Origin: a virus
DNA length: 64,000 bases
Virus record (IMG/VR): IMGVR_UViG_3300042731_008016
Location: 1-64,000 of that record
Strand: one strand, 5' to 3'
The notes under the pieces are model-generated. The model did not search any database. It was not told the DNA's origin and saw only the letters and a list, made by a program, of their open reading frames with translations. Within the stretch, counting starts at the first letter, position 1. The number at the start of each line of letters is the position of its first letter. Of this stretch, positions 11,701 through 21,355 are shown in pieces. Both the position numbers and the translations under genes were made by a program.

Positions 11701-12661
11701 CAGTCTAGTAGACACAGTTTCTAGCACTGTAGATGAAATTTTTGGTCAGTTAGTTTTTGGAGATAATATGGATGAAGCTAGAAAAATGGCAAAAGAAGAA
11801 GGTAAGTCATTTTCTCAATTGATATGGGAAGGAGTTAAGGAATGGTGGGAACGTGAAGTTAAAGAAAAATTTTCCAAATGGATTAATGAAAAAATTATCG
11901 ATCCAATAAAAGATATTTTACCTAATGTAAAACAAAAAGGAAAAGATATTATTGGAAACGTAGCTCAGGGAATTTGGGAAGGATTAATTTGGATAAAAGA
12001 CGCAGTTACAGCAATCGGGACTTGGCCTCTTGATGGAATAAAAAATATAATTAGTATAGCTAAACAATTTGGAAGAGAAATAATTGGAAATATTTCTCAA
12101 GGTATATGGGACGGACTAGATTGGGTTAAAACTGCAATTAATACTATTGGTGGTTGGCCGATGAACGAAATCAGAAATATAATTAACAATGCAAAAAATT
12201 GGGGTAAAGATATGATAGGTAACTTTGCCCAAGGAATTTGGGATGGTATGAATTGGGTTAAAGACGCAGTTAAAAATATGGCTAATTGGCTTAAAGGAAT
12301 TTTACATTTTTCCGAACCAGACTTTGGCCCCCTAAAGGGAATGAATGATTGGGGTAAAGACATGATTAAAACTTATATAGATGGAATTAAGAGTGAAATA
12401 CCAAATCTAGAAGACACATTAAATAAAATAAGCGTTAATAAAAATCTTGAAAATATTAATGGAAATGTTGGAAATTCATTTACTGGAATGGCCTCAAATA
12501 GCATAGCAGAAGGAAAAGTTGCACCAGCTATAGCTCAATCAACCTCAACAGTCAATAAAAATTACTATATTCAACCTGGTCAAATGATTGCAACCAGAGG
12601 TGAAGTTAGAAGTTTTGTGAGATTATTAAAAGAATATGACAAATTCGAAGAGGAAAGGTAA
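8729..12661 (+). CDS. Tape measure protein (TP901-like core)
   Basis: 1310 aa; MAQIGELLIAL start, GVPASRAGT motif, hydrophobic segment, Trp-periodic repeats, HFSEPDFGPL. Confidence 0.9.
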   Translation: MAQIGELLIALQGDSKSWSSTMKTAGQDLRTLVKESQKAGQELNDFNAKTVNLLKGWKNEIGDAYRSLEKSLDPVKKGLVEQGKALSVNQKGINKLALEAVVGAEKMKTLNDSLKTTSNSLWLMNRGLQQFGISMTTAFTVPILAAGALSVKQFAEWEQGTLSIQRAAEITRTEAENITESFVKISQQVPLTVEELQKAGYAAAQAGVTGEESITNFAKAATMLSKVGGDAFKDLPVEDLANKLAYLGIAFGETGENWSNVNNLASTLLVVAKAVPGGLSEIIEAMRRASGAASTFGLSLSDTTAAMGTLVAAGVPASRAGTEFQSVLLDMATNADKVAQSLGYTNENMNEFKERMETDMLGVLDELIQRYGLVDGKIDETQHLQEIFGKTSLKALLPLIENVDLFHDLQARANGEMENGALLAAEFAVEANSLSGTFSVFKNNVDALKKAIGDDLAPYVNLFLKSVTTGLQSVVAWWEKLNPTIKVAIVAFAALLALIGPLALLLNTLFISPIFSLSRLLSGLVGLVIELGATASAGTVASVSMSGLSGAFVAATGAVASLIKGIAILALQLGTIVAIIGVAIAAVYLLGKAFGIGFKLPKMPEIKLPKSKGTGAGAITDLGGQEKLAQVDEDAAKEREKALKKEMKEKKKARDKELKIIDKNIKDFQKVSDREIKARQKLVDEQEQALYDRREQWEDEQRLEQEKIRMQEETLETAKETLKKAKKELNALEDAQDEQVDLAEDKVDYAEMNLKAAQDALKREKLLGKDEFDASYRAALERVEAWEAATQLARENVIAVKKEYQKQINAQEEIVDANEEQVDLQTSALDDLKDALKERKAVVDKEIDVLQDELKIRQDALSDYKSSADEKLDLLREEKSARQEAWDEELAILQDQLDAARDFADELSNSGISELPKATQGAIDSFEALDAEFQKQIEEMQTDIKKAMSFGPEIKEGGLIADYKNAWEGAKELAETEGKSAGQIYVEAMWASLVDTVSSTVDEIFGQLVFGDNMDEARKMAKEEGKSFSQLIWEGVKEWWEREVKEKFSKWINEKIIDPIKDILPNVKQKGKDIIGNVAQGIWEGLIWIKDAVTAIGTWPLDGIKNIISIAKQFGREIIGNISQGIWDGLDWVKTAINTIGGWPMNEIRNIINNAKNWGKDMIGNFAQGIWDGMNWVKDAVKNMANWLKGILHFSEPDFGPLKGMNDWGKDMIKTYIDGIKSEIPNLEDTLNKISVNKNLENINGNVGNSFTGMASNSIAEGKVAPAIAQSTSTVNKNYYIQPGQMIATRGEVRSFVRLLKEYDKFEEER

Positions 12662-12755
12662 ATATGGCAAATAGAGATAAATTGGAAAGATTTATAAATG
12701 GTTTTAAAAATAATAACAAAAAATAAATTTAAGATTTTATAAAGGATAAATAAAA

Positions 12756-13127
12756 ATGCAAATATCTAAACCAACATTCGGTGTAGCAACATTACCATTC
12801 CCAGATATGGCTACTATAACTCCTGTTTGGGTCAGCGCTGATGTTACCACTCTAGGAGGAAAAACTAGACGAGACGTAATGGCAAGAAAGTACCAATATG
12901 TCTTACAATGGAGATATATAAAAGTAGATGCCTATGATGCTCTTGAAGCCATAGTTAATACTTTATCTCCAGCTACCTTCGTATATGGGAAATGGCCACA
13001 AAGCTCCACCCCAGGAGTAAGTTGTTTAGGATCGCTGTCACAAAGAAGACTAGAGGTTGGAACTGGTGATTCTAGTTACTACTCAAGTGTAACCCTAACA
13101 CTTACCGAAGTAAACAGTAGGATATAA
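12756..13127 (+). CDS. Distal tail (Dit-like) protein
   Basis: Directly after tape measure; ends VTLTLTEV. Confidence 0.5.
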   Translation: MQISKPTFGVATLPFPDMATITPVWVSADVTTLGGKTRRDVMARKYQYVLQWRYIKVDAYDALEAIVNTLSPATFVYGKWPQSSTPGVSCLGSLSQRRLEVGTGDSSYYSSVTLTLTEVNSRI

Positions 13128-13130
13128 ATT

Positions 13131-15611
13131 ATGGCACAATTAGATACAACTTCTCTTAATAATGATGAAAATTTGAAAGCTTATTATAAATTTAGTAGCG
13201 GTTCTGACACTACTGATTCATCTGGTAATGGTAATACTTTAACGCACGTTAACACACCAACTAATACTACGGGAAAATATGGGGAGGGTATGCTTTACAC
13301 TAGATCTAGTAATGAATACTCTTATGCTGGAGATACTGCAACACTTTCTATTACTGGAGATCTTTCATTTGTTTGTTGGGTAAAAATTAGTCAATTACCA
13401 TCAACAGCTGGAGATGATTTTCAATTTGGATCTAAATGGATTTCGGTGGCAGGTGATCGTTCCTATTTTTTTAGAATTAGGGATGATAATATTGGCGATT
13501 TTAGATATTCACAAACAGGTAGTGACCAAACCCAAGTACAAACGTCAGCTCCCTATTTTGTTGCAGATGATGTTGGTAATTGGGTTCATTTTGCGATAAC
13601 AATTGATGTATCAAGTCAGACGTTTGTAGTATATAAAAATGGATCACCAGTTTCTCTAGGAAGTGTTAGTGGAACTAATACCGCTATTAATGATTGCGAA
13701 ACAGCATTTGGTATTGGTGTTAGAGAAGTGGGTGGAACGCCAGCTGGACATATGGATGGAGTGATGGATGATGTAGCCATCTTTGATAGAATTTTAACTG
13801 ATGATGAAGTTGCAGAATTATATAGTCAAAGATTTACCATTAATGCAAAAGCACATTTGTTGACAGTTGGAACCCAAACAATTCAAGCTAAGGCTTACAT
13901 TTCAACCAACTATACAATTCAAACAATTCAAGCTAAGGCATATCTTTCAGAATTTGACCACACAACCCAAACAATTCAGGCAAAAGCTAAAATTATAGAA
14001 ATAACAGAAACCACTACTATAAGTGGATTACAGGCAGTAGCACGAATTATTCCATCACAAGCATTTCTAGATGAGGTTGATGCTACGGTTAGAGAAATAA
14101 ACTATAAACTTGAAATTCAATGGGATGGCTTTTCATGGACAGACGAATCAGACTATTTTGTAAGCGCAAAAGCAAATGAAAAATTATCAGAAACATCTGG
14201 AGAAGGAATTGCCTCAACCCTCGATGTGGAATTACAAAATACAACCGAAAGATTTACCCCAGGTAACACATCTTCACCAATTTATGCCTACTTGAAACCA
14301 AGGGTGGAGATAAAATTGTCGATGATAATGGGTGGCTATACATACAGAATGTTTACTGGATATGTGAAAAATATCCATCCAAGTTTTAGAACAAAAGTAT
14401 GTAGTCTCGAATGCTATGACAATCAAGTTTTAGTTTATAACAAAAGAGCTAATGGAATTGTTTATCAAGACAAAAGAAGTGACCAATTACTGACCACACT
14501 ATCTGAACTTGCTGGTTTAACAGAAGATCAATTTAGTTTTGATATTGGAACTCACATTGTTAACTTTGGTTATTTTGAAGATAGAAACGTATGGCCAATC
14601 ATGGGAGAAATTGCAGTAGCCGAGAGAGGAAGAGTTTTCTTTGACAGAGATGGAATATTAAAATTCTGGAATAGAGATAAATTACATAATAGACACGCAT
14701 CAACAACAATTACTTTAGCCGATCATATTACTGACTTAGATTATTCAGTAGCAGAACATGAAATCAAAAATGCTATTATTGTACAAGCCACTCCAAGAGC
14801 AAGTGCTGGAATTAAGGTTATTTGGTCAAGTGGTAACGCAGAATATCTAAATCCGTACACTGACACGCTTGTTTGGATTCCAGCTAATAATAGTCAGGTT
14901 GCCACTCTTGAGTTAGATGATCCATGTACAACGTTTATTACTCCAGTTAAAAACATAGACTATACTGCCAATAGTGCCCAAGATGGGACTGGAGACGATC
15001 TAACCGACAACATTGTTATTAATGAATTTATTAACTATGGAAATGCGGTTTTCATTAGTGTCTTAAATATCGGAGATACTGATGCTTACCTAACAAAATT
15101 CCAAGTAAGAGGAAATCCAGCTGAAATTTTGAAATGGATTAGAGTTACCTCTACAGACGATCAAAGCATCAATGCTTATGGACGACAAGAATTTAAAATC
15201 GAAAACAACTTTATTGATAGTGAAGATTCAGCACGAGAAATTGCTGAAGAAGAACTATATCGAAGAAAAGATTCAGTAAATTTGTTCAGAATTAATATAA
15301 TTGGAATTCCTCATTTATTGTGTGGTGACGTAATCAATGTCGAACACCAAAGTGGTGTTTTTAAAGAATTTATGATTGATGAAATGACTTGGGATTTAGA
15401 TGATGGTGGATTTAAACAAAAACTTACTCTAGTCAATCCTTATATCTTCCCAAATAGAAAGACAATTGATGCTAGAGCTAACATTGTAGCTGCATTAAAG
15501 ACAGTTGCATCAAAAGCTAGAATTAAAGGTGCTAAAAACATAGTCGCTAAAGGAAGTATTAAATTAACCACAACCAGAACGGTGACTGGTAAAGGTAAAA
15601 TTGGCGCATAA
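13131..15611 (+). CDS. Tail tip/hub protein with N-terminal LamG (ConA-like) domain
   Basis: DSSGNGNTLT...WVHFAIT...MDDVAIFDRILTDDEVAELY LamG signature; hub-like GRVFFDRDGILKF and SINAYGRQE. Confidence 0.75.
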   Translation: MAQLDTTSLNNDENLKAYYKFSSGSDTTDSSGNGNTLTHVNTPTNTTGKYGEGMLYTRSSNEYSYAGDTATLSITGDLSFVCWVKISQLPSTAGDDFQFGSKWISVAGDRSYFFRIRDDNIGDFRYSQTGSDQTQVQTSAPYFVADDVGNWVHFAITIDVSSQTFVVYKNGSPVSLGSVSGTNTAINDCETAFGIGVREVGGTPAGHMDGVMDDVAIFDRILTDDEVAELYSQRFTINAKAHLLTVGTQTIQAKAYISTNYTIQTIQAKAYLSEFDHTTQTIQAKAKIIEITETTTISGLQAVARIIPSQAFLDEVDATVREINYKLEIQWDGFSWTDESDYFVSAKANEKLSETSGEGIASTLDVELQNTTERFTPGNTSSPIYAYLKPRVEIKLSMIMGGYTYRMFTGYVKNIHPSFRTKVCSLECYDNQVLVYNKRANGIVYQDKRSDQLLTTLSELAGLTEDQFSFDIGTHIVNFGYFEDRNVWPIMGEIAVAERGRVFFDRDGILKFWNRDKLHNRHASTTITLADHITDLDYSVAEHEIKNAIIVQATPRASAGIKVIWSSGNAEYLNPYTDTLVWIPANNSQVATLELDDPCTTFITPVKNIDYTANSAQDGTGDDLTDNIVINEFINYGNAVFISVLNIGDTDAYLTKFQVRGNPAEILKWIRVTSTDDQSINAYGRQEFKIENNFIDSEDSAREIAEEELYRRKDSVNLFRINIIGIPHLLCGDVINVEHQSGVFKEFMIDEMTWDLDDGGFKQKLTLVNPYIFPNRKTIDARANIVAALKTVASKARIKGAKNIVAKGSIKLTTTRTVTGKGKIGA

Positions 15612-15613
15612 TT

Positions 15614-16261
15614 ATGGGAACACAAGTAAAAGTACCAAGTGGTAGTAAGCCAGGAAGTAATTTTCCACCTGTTGAAGTTTTTGAGATAGGTACACCAGGA
15701 AAACCAGGTGAGCTTATTATCCACAACGGAAAACTATATATCTATAACGAAAATGGAGAAACCCTCATTGATGGGGGAATTATCCAGGCTGCTGCTATAT
15801 TGGCTAACTCAATTACCGCCGATAAACTTACTATTGGATCAAAATCGTTTAGCCATAATTTAACCTGGACAGCTACAGACCAAGACACAGCTTCTTGGAG
15901 CGCTGGCACAATCAAGCTTGCAGATGATGAAACTACGGCCATTAACGCTGGAAATACTGGGAACATAAATTACACAACTTTTATTTACTTCGATGGCACT
16001 AGTGTTTTGAAAACAACTACAAATTATGCAAATGCCGTAGGTGACAGTAAAATTTTGCTTGCAATTGTTGAAAAAGGACAATTGGGAGGTGGCTGTGCAA
16101 TTACTCCAATCCAGTCAGCGGGAACAACCATTGACGCTAATAAAATAGTTACTGGTAAAGTCCAGTCAGTCGATGGTCAAACATATTTCGATTTAAACCT
16201 AGGTAGGATGATTATTAATGATGATAGCAACGACATTATCCTAATAGGAAAAAAACCATGA
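15614..16261 (+). CDS. Minor tail protein (paralog of next gene)
   Basis: ILANSITADKL and TTIDANKIVTG motifs. Confidence 0.65.
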   Translation: MGTQVKVPSGSKPGSNFPPVEVFEIGTPGKPGELIIHNGKLYIYNENGETLIDGGIIQAAAILANSITADKLTIGSKSFSHNLTWTATDQDTASWSAGTIKLADDETTAINAGNTGNINYTTFIYFDGTSVLKTTTNYANAVGDSKILLAIVEKGQLGGGCAITPIQSAGTTIDANKIVTGKVQSVDGQTYFDLNLGRMIINDDSNDIILIGKKP

Positions 16262-17271
16262 GTATATTAAATAAAATACTGAGCGGAGCAAGATTTGCGG
16301 GAAAAACATTGGAAAAACTAGAAGTAGGTAAACCAGGAAAGCCTCCGCAATTACTTATCTATAATGGAAAAATTTATGTCTACAACTCTGATGGTCAGGC
16401 ATTAATTGATGCTGGTTTAATTTCTGCAAATGCTTTTTTAGTAAATTCAATTACAGCTGATAAACTATCATTTTCTTCTAAAAAATTTATCCATAATATT
16501 ACTTGGACAGCGGTAGATATGAATACTGCTTCCTGGAGTGCAGGAACCATTAAGTTTTCCGATGGAACTTTGGCTGATATTTTTGCTGGTACCACTGGAA
16601 ATATAACTGAAAAACAATACATTTACTTTGATGGAAGCTCAACCCTTAAAAAGACAAAATACTACAATTCAGCTGTTGGTGGAAACCATGTGATTTTAGC
16701 AATTGTTCAACCAACAACCGATCCAGATGGTAAATGTATTCTCTCAACCTTTTTTTCTACAGGAACTACTATTGACGGAGATTTAATTACTACTGGTAAA
16801 GTTCAATCAATCAATGGAAAAACTTTTTTTGATCTAAACAATAACTTTTTTAAAATTCATGATGGAATTAAGACTAGATTGGTAATTGGAAAGCTTGCAG
16901 AGGGCTCCTATGGCATTAAATTATCGCTTTTTAGTTATGATGCCTTAACTGATACCGATATTAACCATTTTGCTCTTTGGGCTGCCTCAGACGACGCTAA
17001 TGACAATGTTTTAATCAAAGAAAAGACAAGAGGAAGTGTTTCAGTTGGCGCTTCTAGCAGTCAAAATATTGCTCATGGGCTTTCATATATTCCACTTTGT
17101 TTGGTATTCGTTGAATCTGCAGCTGGAGTATATACAAAAGCATTTGGACAAGGAATTTCTTTAGCCGATCAGTATTATGAAATCGATGGTACTTATTTAA
17201 GACTATATAATGATGGAGGGTCAGCAAAAATTTTTAAATATTATATTTTTTATGACCGAATGACAACATGA
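16258..17271 (+). CDS. Minor tail protein
   Basis: N-terminal ~210 aa paralogous to the 15614 ORF; C-terminal IAHGLSYIP domain. Confidence 0.65.
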   Translation: MSILNKILSGARFAGKTLEKLEVGKPGKPPQLLIYNGKIYVYNSDGQALIDAGLISANAFLVNSITADKLSFSSKKFIHNITWTAVDMNTASWSAGTIKFSDGTLADIFAGTTGNITEKQYIYFDGSSTLKKTKYYNSAVGGNHVILAIVQPTTDPDGKCILSTFFSTGTTIDGDLITTGKVQSINGKTFFDLNNNFFKIHDGIKTRLVIGKLAEGSYGIKLSLFSYDALTDTDINHFALWAASDDANDNVLIKEKTRGSVSVGASSSQNIAHGLSYIPLCLVFVESAAGVYTKAFGQGISLADQYYEIDGTYLRLYNDGGSAKIFKYYIFYDRMTT

Positions 17272-17672
17272 GCTATATAATCGCAATCGCTAAAAATGGA
17301 TATGATGCACCAAATGAAAATGATCCTGAAAACTTCATTTTTCATTCTAGTTATAATACTTTTAAGATTATTAGAACTGGAAAATTAACTATTTCTGTGG
17401 CTGCTGCTACTAACGGACAAAAATTCTACGAACCACATCGTCTAAGTTTTACTCCATTAGTAATGGCGTTTGCAAAGGAAAGTGGTTACGACCAAGTATT
17501 TCCTCCAAATACTGAAAATATTTATTCTTATGGAGCAATGGCAGGATTAATTGGAACTGGTTTAAAATTTGTATCAGTCTCATCAGATGGAACAAATTTA
17601 ATTTTTGAATTTGATAATTCTGGCGGAGAGAAAACAGTTTACGTTAGATATTATTGTTTGGAGACTATTTAA
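17268..17672 (+). CDS. Small tail-associated protein
   Basis: FIFHSSYNTFK...HRLSFTP, similar to the C-terminus of the next gene. Confidence 0.55.
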   Translation: MSYIIAIAKNGYDAPNENDPENFIFHSSYNTFKIIRTGKLTISVAAATNGQKFYEPHRLSFTPLVMAFAKESGYDQVFPPNTENIYSYGAMAGLIGTGLKFVSVSSDGTNLIFEFDNSGGEKTVYVRYYCLETI

Positions 17673-17674
17673 TT

Positions 17675-18652
17675 ATGTCACAATATGATGAACAAGTATC
17701 AGCGTCAACAGAAGATGGAGCAACATATACTGGCTCTAATTATTGGAGTGTGTTAAATAATTATTTAGCTGTTGGAAATAATCAAGTTGGATTTTTCAGA
17801 TTTAATAATCTTCCAATGGGACAAGGTGCCACAATTGACTCTGCCTATTTCAAAGTTTGGACACATGAATATGGGTTTTCTAATTCAGTTCAATTAAAAA
17901 TTAGAGCTATTGACCAAGATGACACTGCAGCATTTCCATCAAGTAACGGAACCAATACAGATCCATTAAATAGACCAAGAACTAGCGCTGGTATTGATTT
18001 TGATTTTGATGGTACTCGAAATGTTTTGCGTACTTCACCTGATATTAAAACAGTCATTCAAGAAATTATTGATCGAGCGGGATGGACTGGTGGAAACGAT
18101 CTAGCGATAGTTTTAGAAAATGATGGTTCTGCCTACAATAATGAACTCTGGCCATACGATTATGGATCAGCTAAAGCAGCAGAATTAATTATTAACTATA
18201 CTGGAATCAGTACCCATCAACAACAAATATCTGCAGCTGCTCACATCATTAATCCAACTCTTGATTATGGCATTATAGTAATGAAGTCAACTTATGATGT
18301 CTTAACTGATAAGAATCCAGCACATCAGGTTTTCAATTCTGATTATGGAACATTAAAATACTTCGTAAGTGGTTCAGTAGAAATTTATTTGGCAGCTGGA
18401 TATTTAGCAGCAGTACAAAGTTACGAACATAATTTAGGTTATATTCCATTTGTAGAAGTTTATGCTGAAACAGTTTTAGCAAATAGATATCAGTATGCCC
18501 CTTATAGTGGGGCTGGAGCTACAGTCTTATATGGAGTAACTTATAGGATTACATCAACTCATATTTATTTTTATGCTGAGTCAACTGGATTTGCTGGAGA
18601 TACAACTTTTAAAGTTAAATTCTTTTTGTTCAGGAATGACTTAGACTTATAA
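17675..18652 (+). CDS. Tail-associated/receptor-binding protein
   Basis: GFFRFNNLPMGQGATIDSA and DIKTVIQEIIDRAGW domain; C-terminal HNLGYIP domain. Confidence 0.6.
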   Translation: MSQYDEQVSASTEDGATYTGSNYWSVLNNYLAVGNNQVGFFRFNNLPMGQGATIDSAYFKVWTHEYGFSNSVQLKIRAIDQDDTAAFPSSNGTNTDPLNRPRTSAGIDFDFDGTRNVLRTSPDIKTVIQEIIDRAGWTGGNDLAIVLENDGSAYNNELWPYDYGSAKAAELIINYTGISTHQQQISAAAHIINPTLDYGIIVMKSTYDVLTDKNPAHQVFNSDYGTLKYFVSGSVEIYLAAGYLAAVQSYEHNLGYIPFVEVYAETVLANRYQYAPYSGAGATVLYGVTYRITSTHIYFYAESTGFAGDTTFKVKFFLFRNDLDL

Positions 18653-18670
18653 ATAAGTTAAAATGAAATT

Positions 18671-18949
18671 ATGATAATCTTTTACAACAAACAAACTGGC
18701 CGAATAATAGGCACGATTGAAGGTAGAATCCACAGCGATGAACAACTCAAAATGTGGATCGGAAGTCGTGAAGACAATGATAGGCTAGTATTTGATTGGG
18801 GAAAAAACGATGAAGGCGTTTATAAACCAAAAGTAAACGATAAGCAGCAGATGGAAATACTTGAAAAAGTTGATAAAGACCCTGCTAGTATTTATAATTT
18901 TGCTGTAGACATTACTACAAAAGATTTAACAAGCAATGATGCTAAGTGA
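18671..18949 (+). CDS. Hypothetical protein (fibre chaperone-like position)
   Basis: MIIFYNKQTGRII start; follows tail genes. Confidence 0.55.
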   Translation: MIIFYNKQTGRIIGTIEGRIHSDEQLKMWIGSREDNDRLVFDWGKNDEGVYKPKVNDKQQMEILEKVDKDPASIYNFAVDITTKDLTSNDAK

Positions 18950-19284
18950 AAGGATTAACAATTATGATAGATGAATTTATTAAAACCTTGCTCGAGACGC
19001 ATCACCAGTATACCTGGCCCAAAATTGGATTATATGTGTTGTCTGGTATTTTGGCTGGCCTCGTAAGATTAACCATCAGAAATCACTCTAAAGCAGACCT
19101 ACGTTCATGGTTAAATGATGGCTCCCTACTTGGTGGTATTACCATCAGCATTGCGGGAGCTTTAATTTTTGATTCATCGTTTCTGTGGTCATTTTTAGGT
19201 GGTTACTTTTTTGTCTACGTTCTCAATTACATTGAGAAAAGATTAGAAAAGAAAGGAGGCTCAAATGGTAGCGACACTAAATAA
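18946..19284 (+). CDS. Membrane protein, putative holin
   Basis: 2-3 hydrophobic helices, basic C-terminus, upstream of peptidase. Confidence 0.5.
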   Translation: MKGLTIMIDEFIKTLLETHHQYTWPKIGLYVLSGILAGLVRLTIRNHSKADLRSWLNDGSLLGGITISIAGALIFDSSFLWSFLGGYFFVYVLNYIEKRLEKKGGSNGSDTK

Positions 19285-19756
19285 TTTAACAATGTGTTTC
19301 GACTATCCGAGGGGTGCAATTATACACACCATAGTTTTCAGTCTTTCTTTTTTCCTCTTCATTTATTGGAGTAAGAAAAAAGCTTTAATTAGTTTTAGGG
19401 CATGGACTCTTTTAATGACGATTTTGCATATATTTTATATTGCAACTACCTGTATGGTATTTCGTCAAGCTATGAATATCACCATGCGAGACATCTTCTT
19501 TATAAGAGGATTAGAGGCACTAGCAACAATTATTACGATGTTGCGTCTTTATTTCATCATAGACGCTCATGGAATCGATATCAGCGATACAAAAAGATTC
19601 AAAAATGAAGATATCGAACCAATTTCAAGGCTTGTAAAGAGCTTTGGAGAAGCTGTAAAAATGCCTCAAAATCCATCAAAAATCAATGGAAATGGCAAAA
19701 AACTAGCAAAAAAGCCTAATAGTTTAAAGAAAAAGTTAATAGATTTGTTGTTTTAA
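19265..19756 (+). CDS. Membrane protein (3 TM), lysis cassette
   Basis: Hydrophobic segments; AGGAGG RBS. Confidence 0.55.
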   Translation: MVATLNNLTMCFDYPRGAIIHTIVFSLSFFLFIYWSKKKALISFRAWTLLMTILHIFYIATTCMVFRQAMNITMRDIFFIRGLEALATIITMLRLYFIIDAHGIDISDTKRFKNEDIEPISRLVKSFGEAVKMPQNPSKINGNGKKLAKKPNSLKKKLIDLLF

Positions 19757-19763
19757 GTAAAAT

Positions 19764-20717
19764 ATGTCAAAAATACTAGAAGTACCATATAAAAGTCAGT
19801 GGGATAATGATGCCACGACATCAAAAAATGACTGTGGACCATGTTCTTTGGCCATGGTTTTGAAATATTTAGGTGTGGATGTGGCGACAAGCGTTATTTT
19901 AGAGAAAACTGGTGCTGGAACAGGCTATGTAAGCTTCCAACAACTTCAAAAAGTTGCCTCTGAATATGGTTTCTCATCTAGAATTGAAAGAAATAGAACT
20001 CCTCAAAGAATTAAGGACCTAATAGATCAGGGTATTCCTCCAATTGTGGTAGTTCACTATGGTTACTTATCTAGTAGACAGGATCAAGGATTCGCTGGAG
20101 GTCACATTATGGTGGCCGTTGGTTATCGTGATGACGGCTATTTCATAAATGATCCAGATTTCTGGGGAAATTACCGTGCTCACGGCGACCATCATTTTTA
20201 TACGAAGGAAGAGTTCGAAAAATCATGGGAGAAATCCACTGAAGATGGTAACGCCTCGAACACTTTGTTTTTCCTTCAACCTAAAGAGAATCCGACTGAG
20301 CCAACAATACCAAGCGGGGATGATGAATATGCCAGTGGTATAAAAAATTACCTAGTATCTATCGGCTATACATACTCCGAAGCCCATCTTAAAGTTATCA
20401 AGGAATTGCACAAGTCGGACTTAAATTTAAAGTCTGGAGACTATATACTAAAGGAGGATTGTACCAAAGAGAAAGAGGATTTGAAAACGAAACATAAAGA
20501 AGAAATTAGTAAATTGAAGTCAGACTTTAAGACTGAGAAAAAGGAGGCGATTGAAGATGCCCTCAAAGAAGCAAAGAAAGAGTGGAAAGTTGAAGATTTG
20601 GAGAGTCAGGTTGCAGAATATGAGAAAATTGTTAACAGTACGGCTTACAAAATTGCAAAAACTGTTAATGAAATTCTCGAAGCAATAAATATTATTAAAA
20701 AATTAGGAGGAAAATAA
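19764..20717 (+). CDS. C39-like cysteine peptidase, putative endolysin, with C-terminal coiled coil
   Basis: VPYKSQW...DCGPCSLAMVL...GHIMVAVGY...INDP catalytic pattern. Confidence 0.8.
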   Translation: MSKILEVPYKSQWDNDATTSKNDCGPCSLAMVLKYLGVDVATSVILEKTGAGTGYVSFQQLQKVASEYGFSSRIERNRTPQRIKDLIDQGIPPIVVVHYGYLSSRQDQGFAGGHIMVAVGYRDDGYFINDPDFWGNYRAHGDHHFYTKEEFEKSWEKSTEDGNASNTLFFLQPKENPTEPTIPSGDDEYASGIKNYLVSIGYTYSEAHLKVIKELHKSDLNLKSGDYILKEDCTKEKEDLKTKHKEEISKLKSDFKTEKKEAIEDALKEAKKEWKVEDLESQVAEYEKIVNSTAYKIAKTVNEILEAINIIKKLGGK

Positions 20718-20720
20718 CCT

Positions 20721-20993
20721 ATGGCAAATACAGCACCAGGGTATCTGACAACTCCTAGGGGTCAAGTTGCTAAATACATTTACTACCGATCCAATAGAAC
20801 GGTAGAAAATCCTGACTACATCTTTGATGCCGAAGCAACAGGTTTGCAAGGCACAGATGAATTACAAGGCGTCATTCAAGCAACATTGAATAATTTAAAC
20901 AACGCCAACTTTAAAACCTATGGCGGAAATGTTTTAACGTACAACCCTATCACTGACAGATATGACATCAAACCAGGAGAGTACGTACTCTAA
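20721..20993 (+). CDS. Hypothetical protein
   Basis: AGGAGG RBS. Confidence 0.6.
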   Translation: MANTAPGYLTTPRGQVAKYIYYRSNRTVENPDYIFDAEATGLQGTDELQGVIQATLNNLNNANFKTYGGNVLTYNPITDRYDIKPGEYVL

Positions 20994-21045
20994 AGTAAAA
21001 GTTTTAGTATAATAAAAATAATTATCAATTAAGGAGGTGAAAACT

Positions 21046-21252
21046 ATGGCAGGTAACACACCAAGTAACCCAAGTAAAGCTCCTAGCGTTCCAACTGGAC
21101 CTAGAGCTTCAAGTAAAGGTTCAAAATCCAAGGTCATGAGTCCTATGTCTAAAGCAGGGACAACTACTCCTCGTGGTGGCCAACCAGCTAGTCGCCGAAG
21201 CGTAAATTCTAGAGCTTCTAGCCAAACTGTCCAAGGAGGACCAAGAAAATAA
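21046..21252 (+). CDS. Small basic Ser/Pro/Gly-rich disordered protein
   Basis: AAGGAGGTG RBS; TATAAT at ~21008; followed by terminator. Confidence 0.6.
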   Translation: MAGNTPSNPSKAPSVPTGPRASSKGSKSKVMSPMSKAGTTTPRGGQPASRRSVNSRASSQTVQGGPRK

Positions 21253-21282
21253 GCTTTTAAGTTGTGCACAGCTTAAAGGTTA

Positions 21283-21310
21283 GGGGGGAACTGAGAAGTT
21301 CCCTCTTTTC
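21283..21310 (+). terminator. Rho-independent terminator ending the late operon
   Basis: GGGGGAACT-GAGA-AGTTCCCTC then TTTT. Confidence 0.7.
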
Positions 21311-21355
21311 TTAGTTATCTTTTACTCATAAATGAGGGAATATTAAATATAAAAA

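Noticed and set aside
15614-18652. Diversity-generating retroelement TR/VR pair
   Set aside because: Similarity is protein-level paralogy rather than adenine-specific near-identity, and no reverse transcriptase is in the window.
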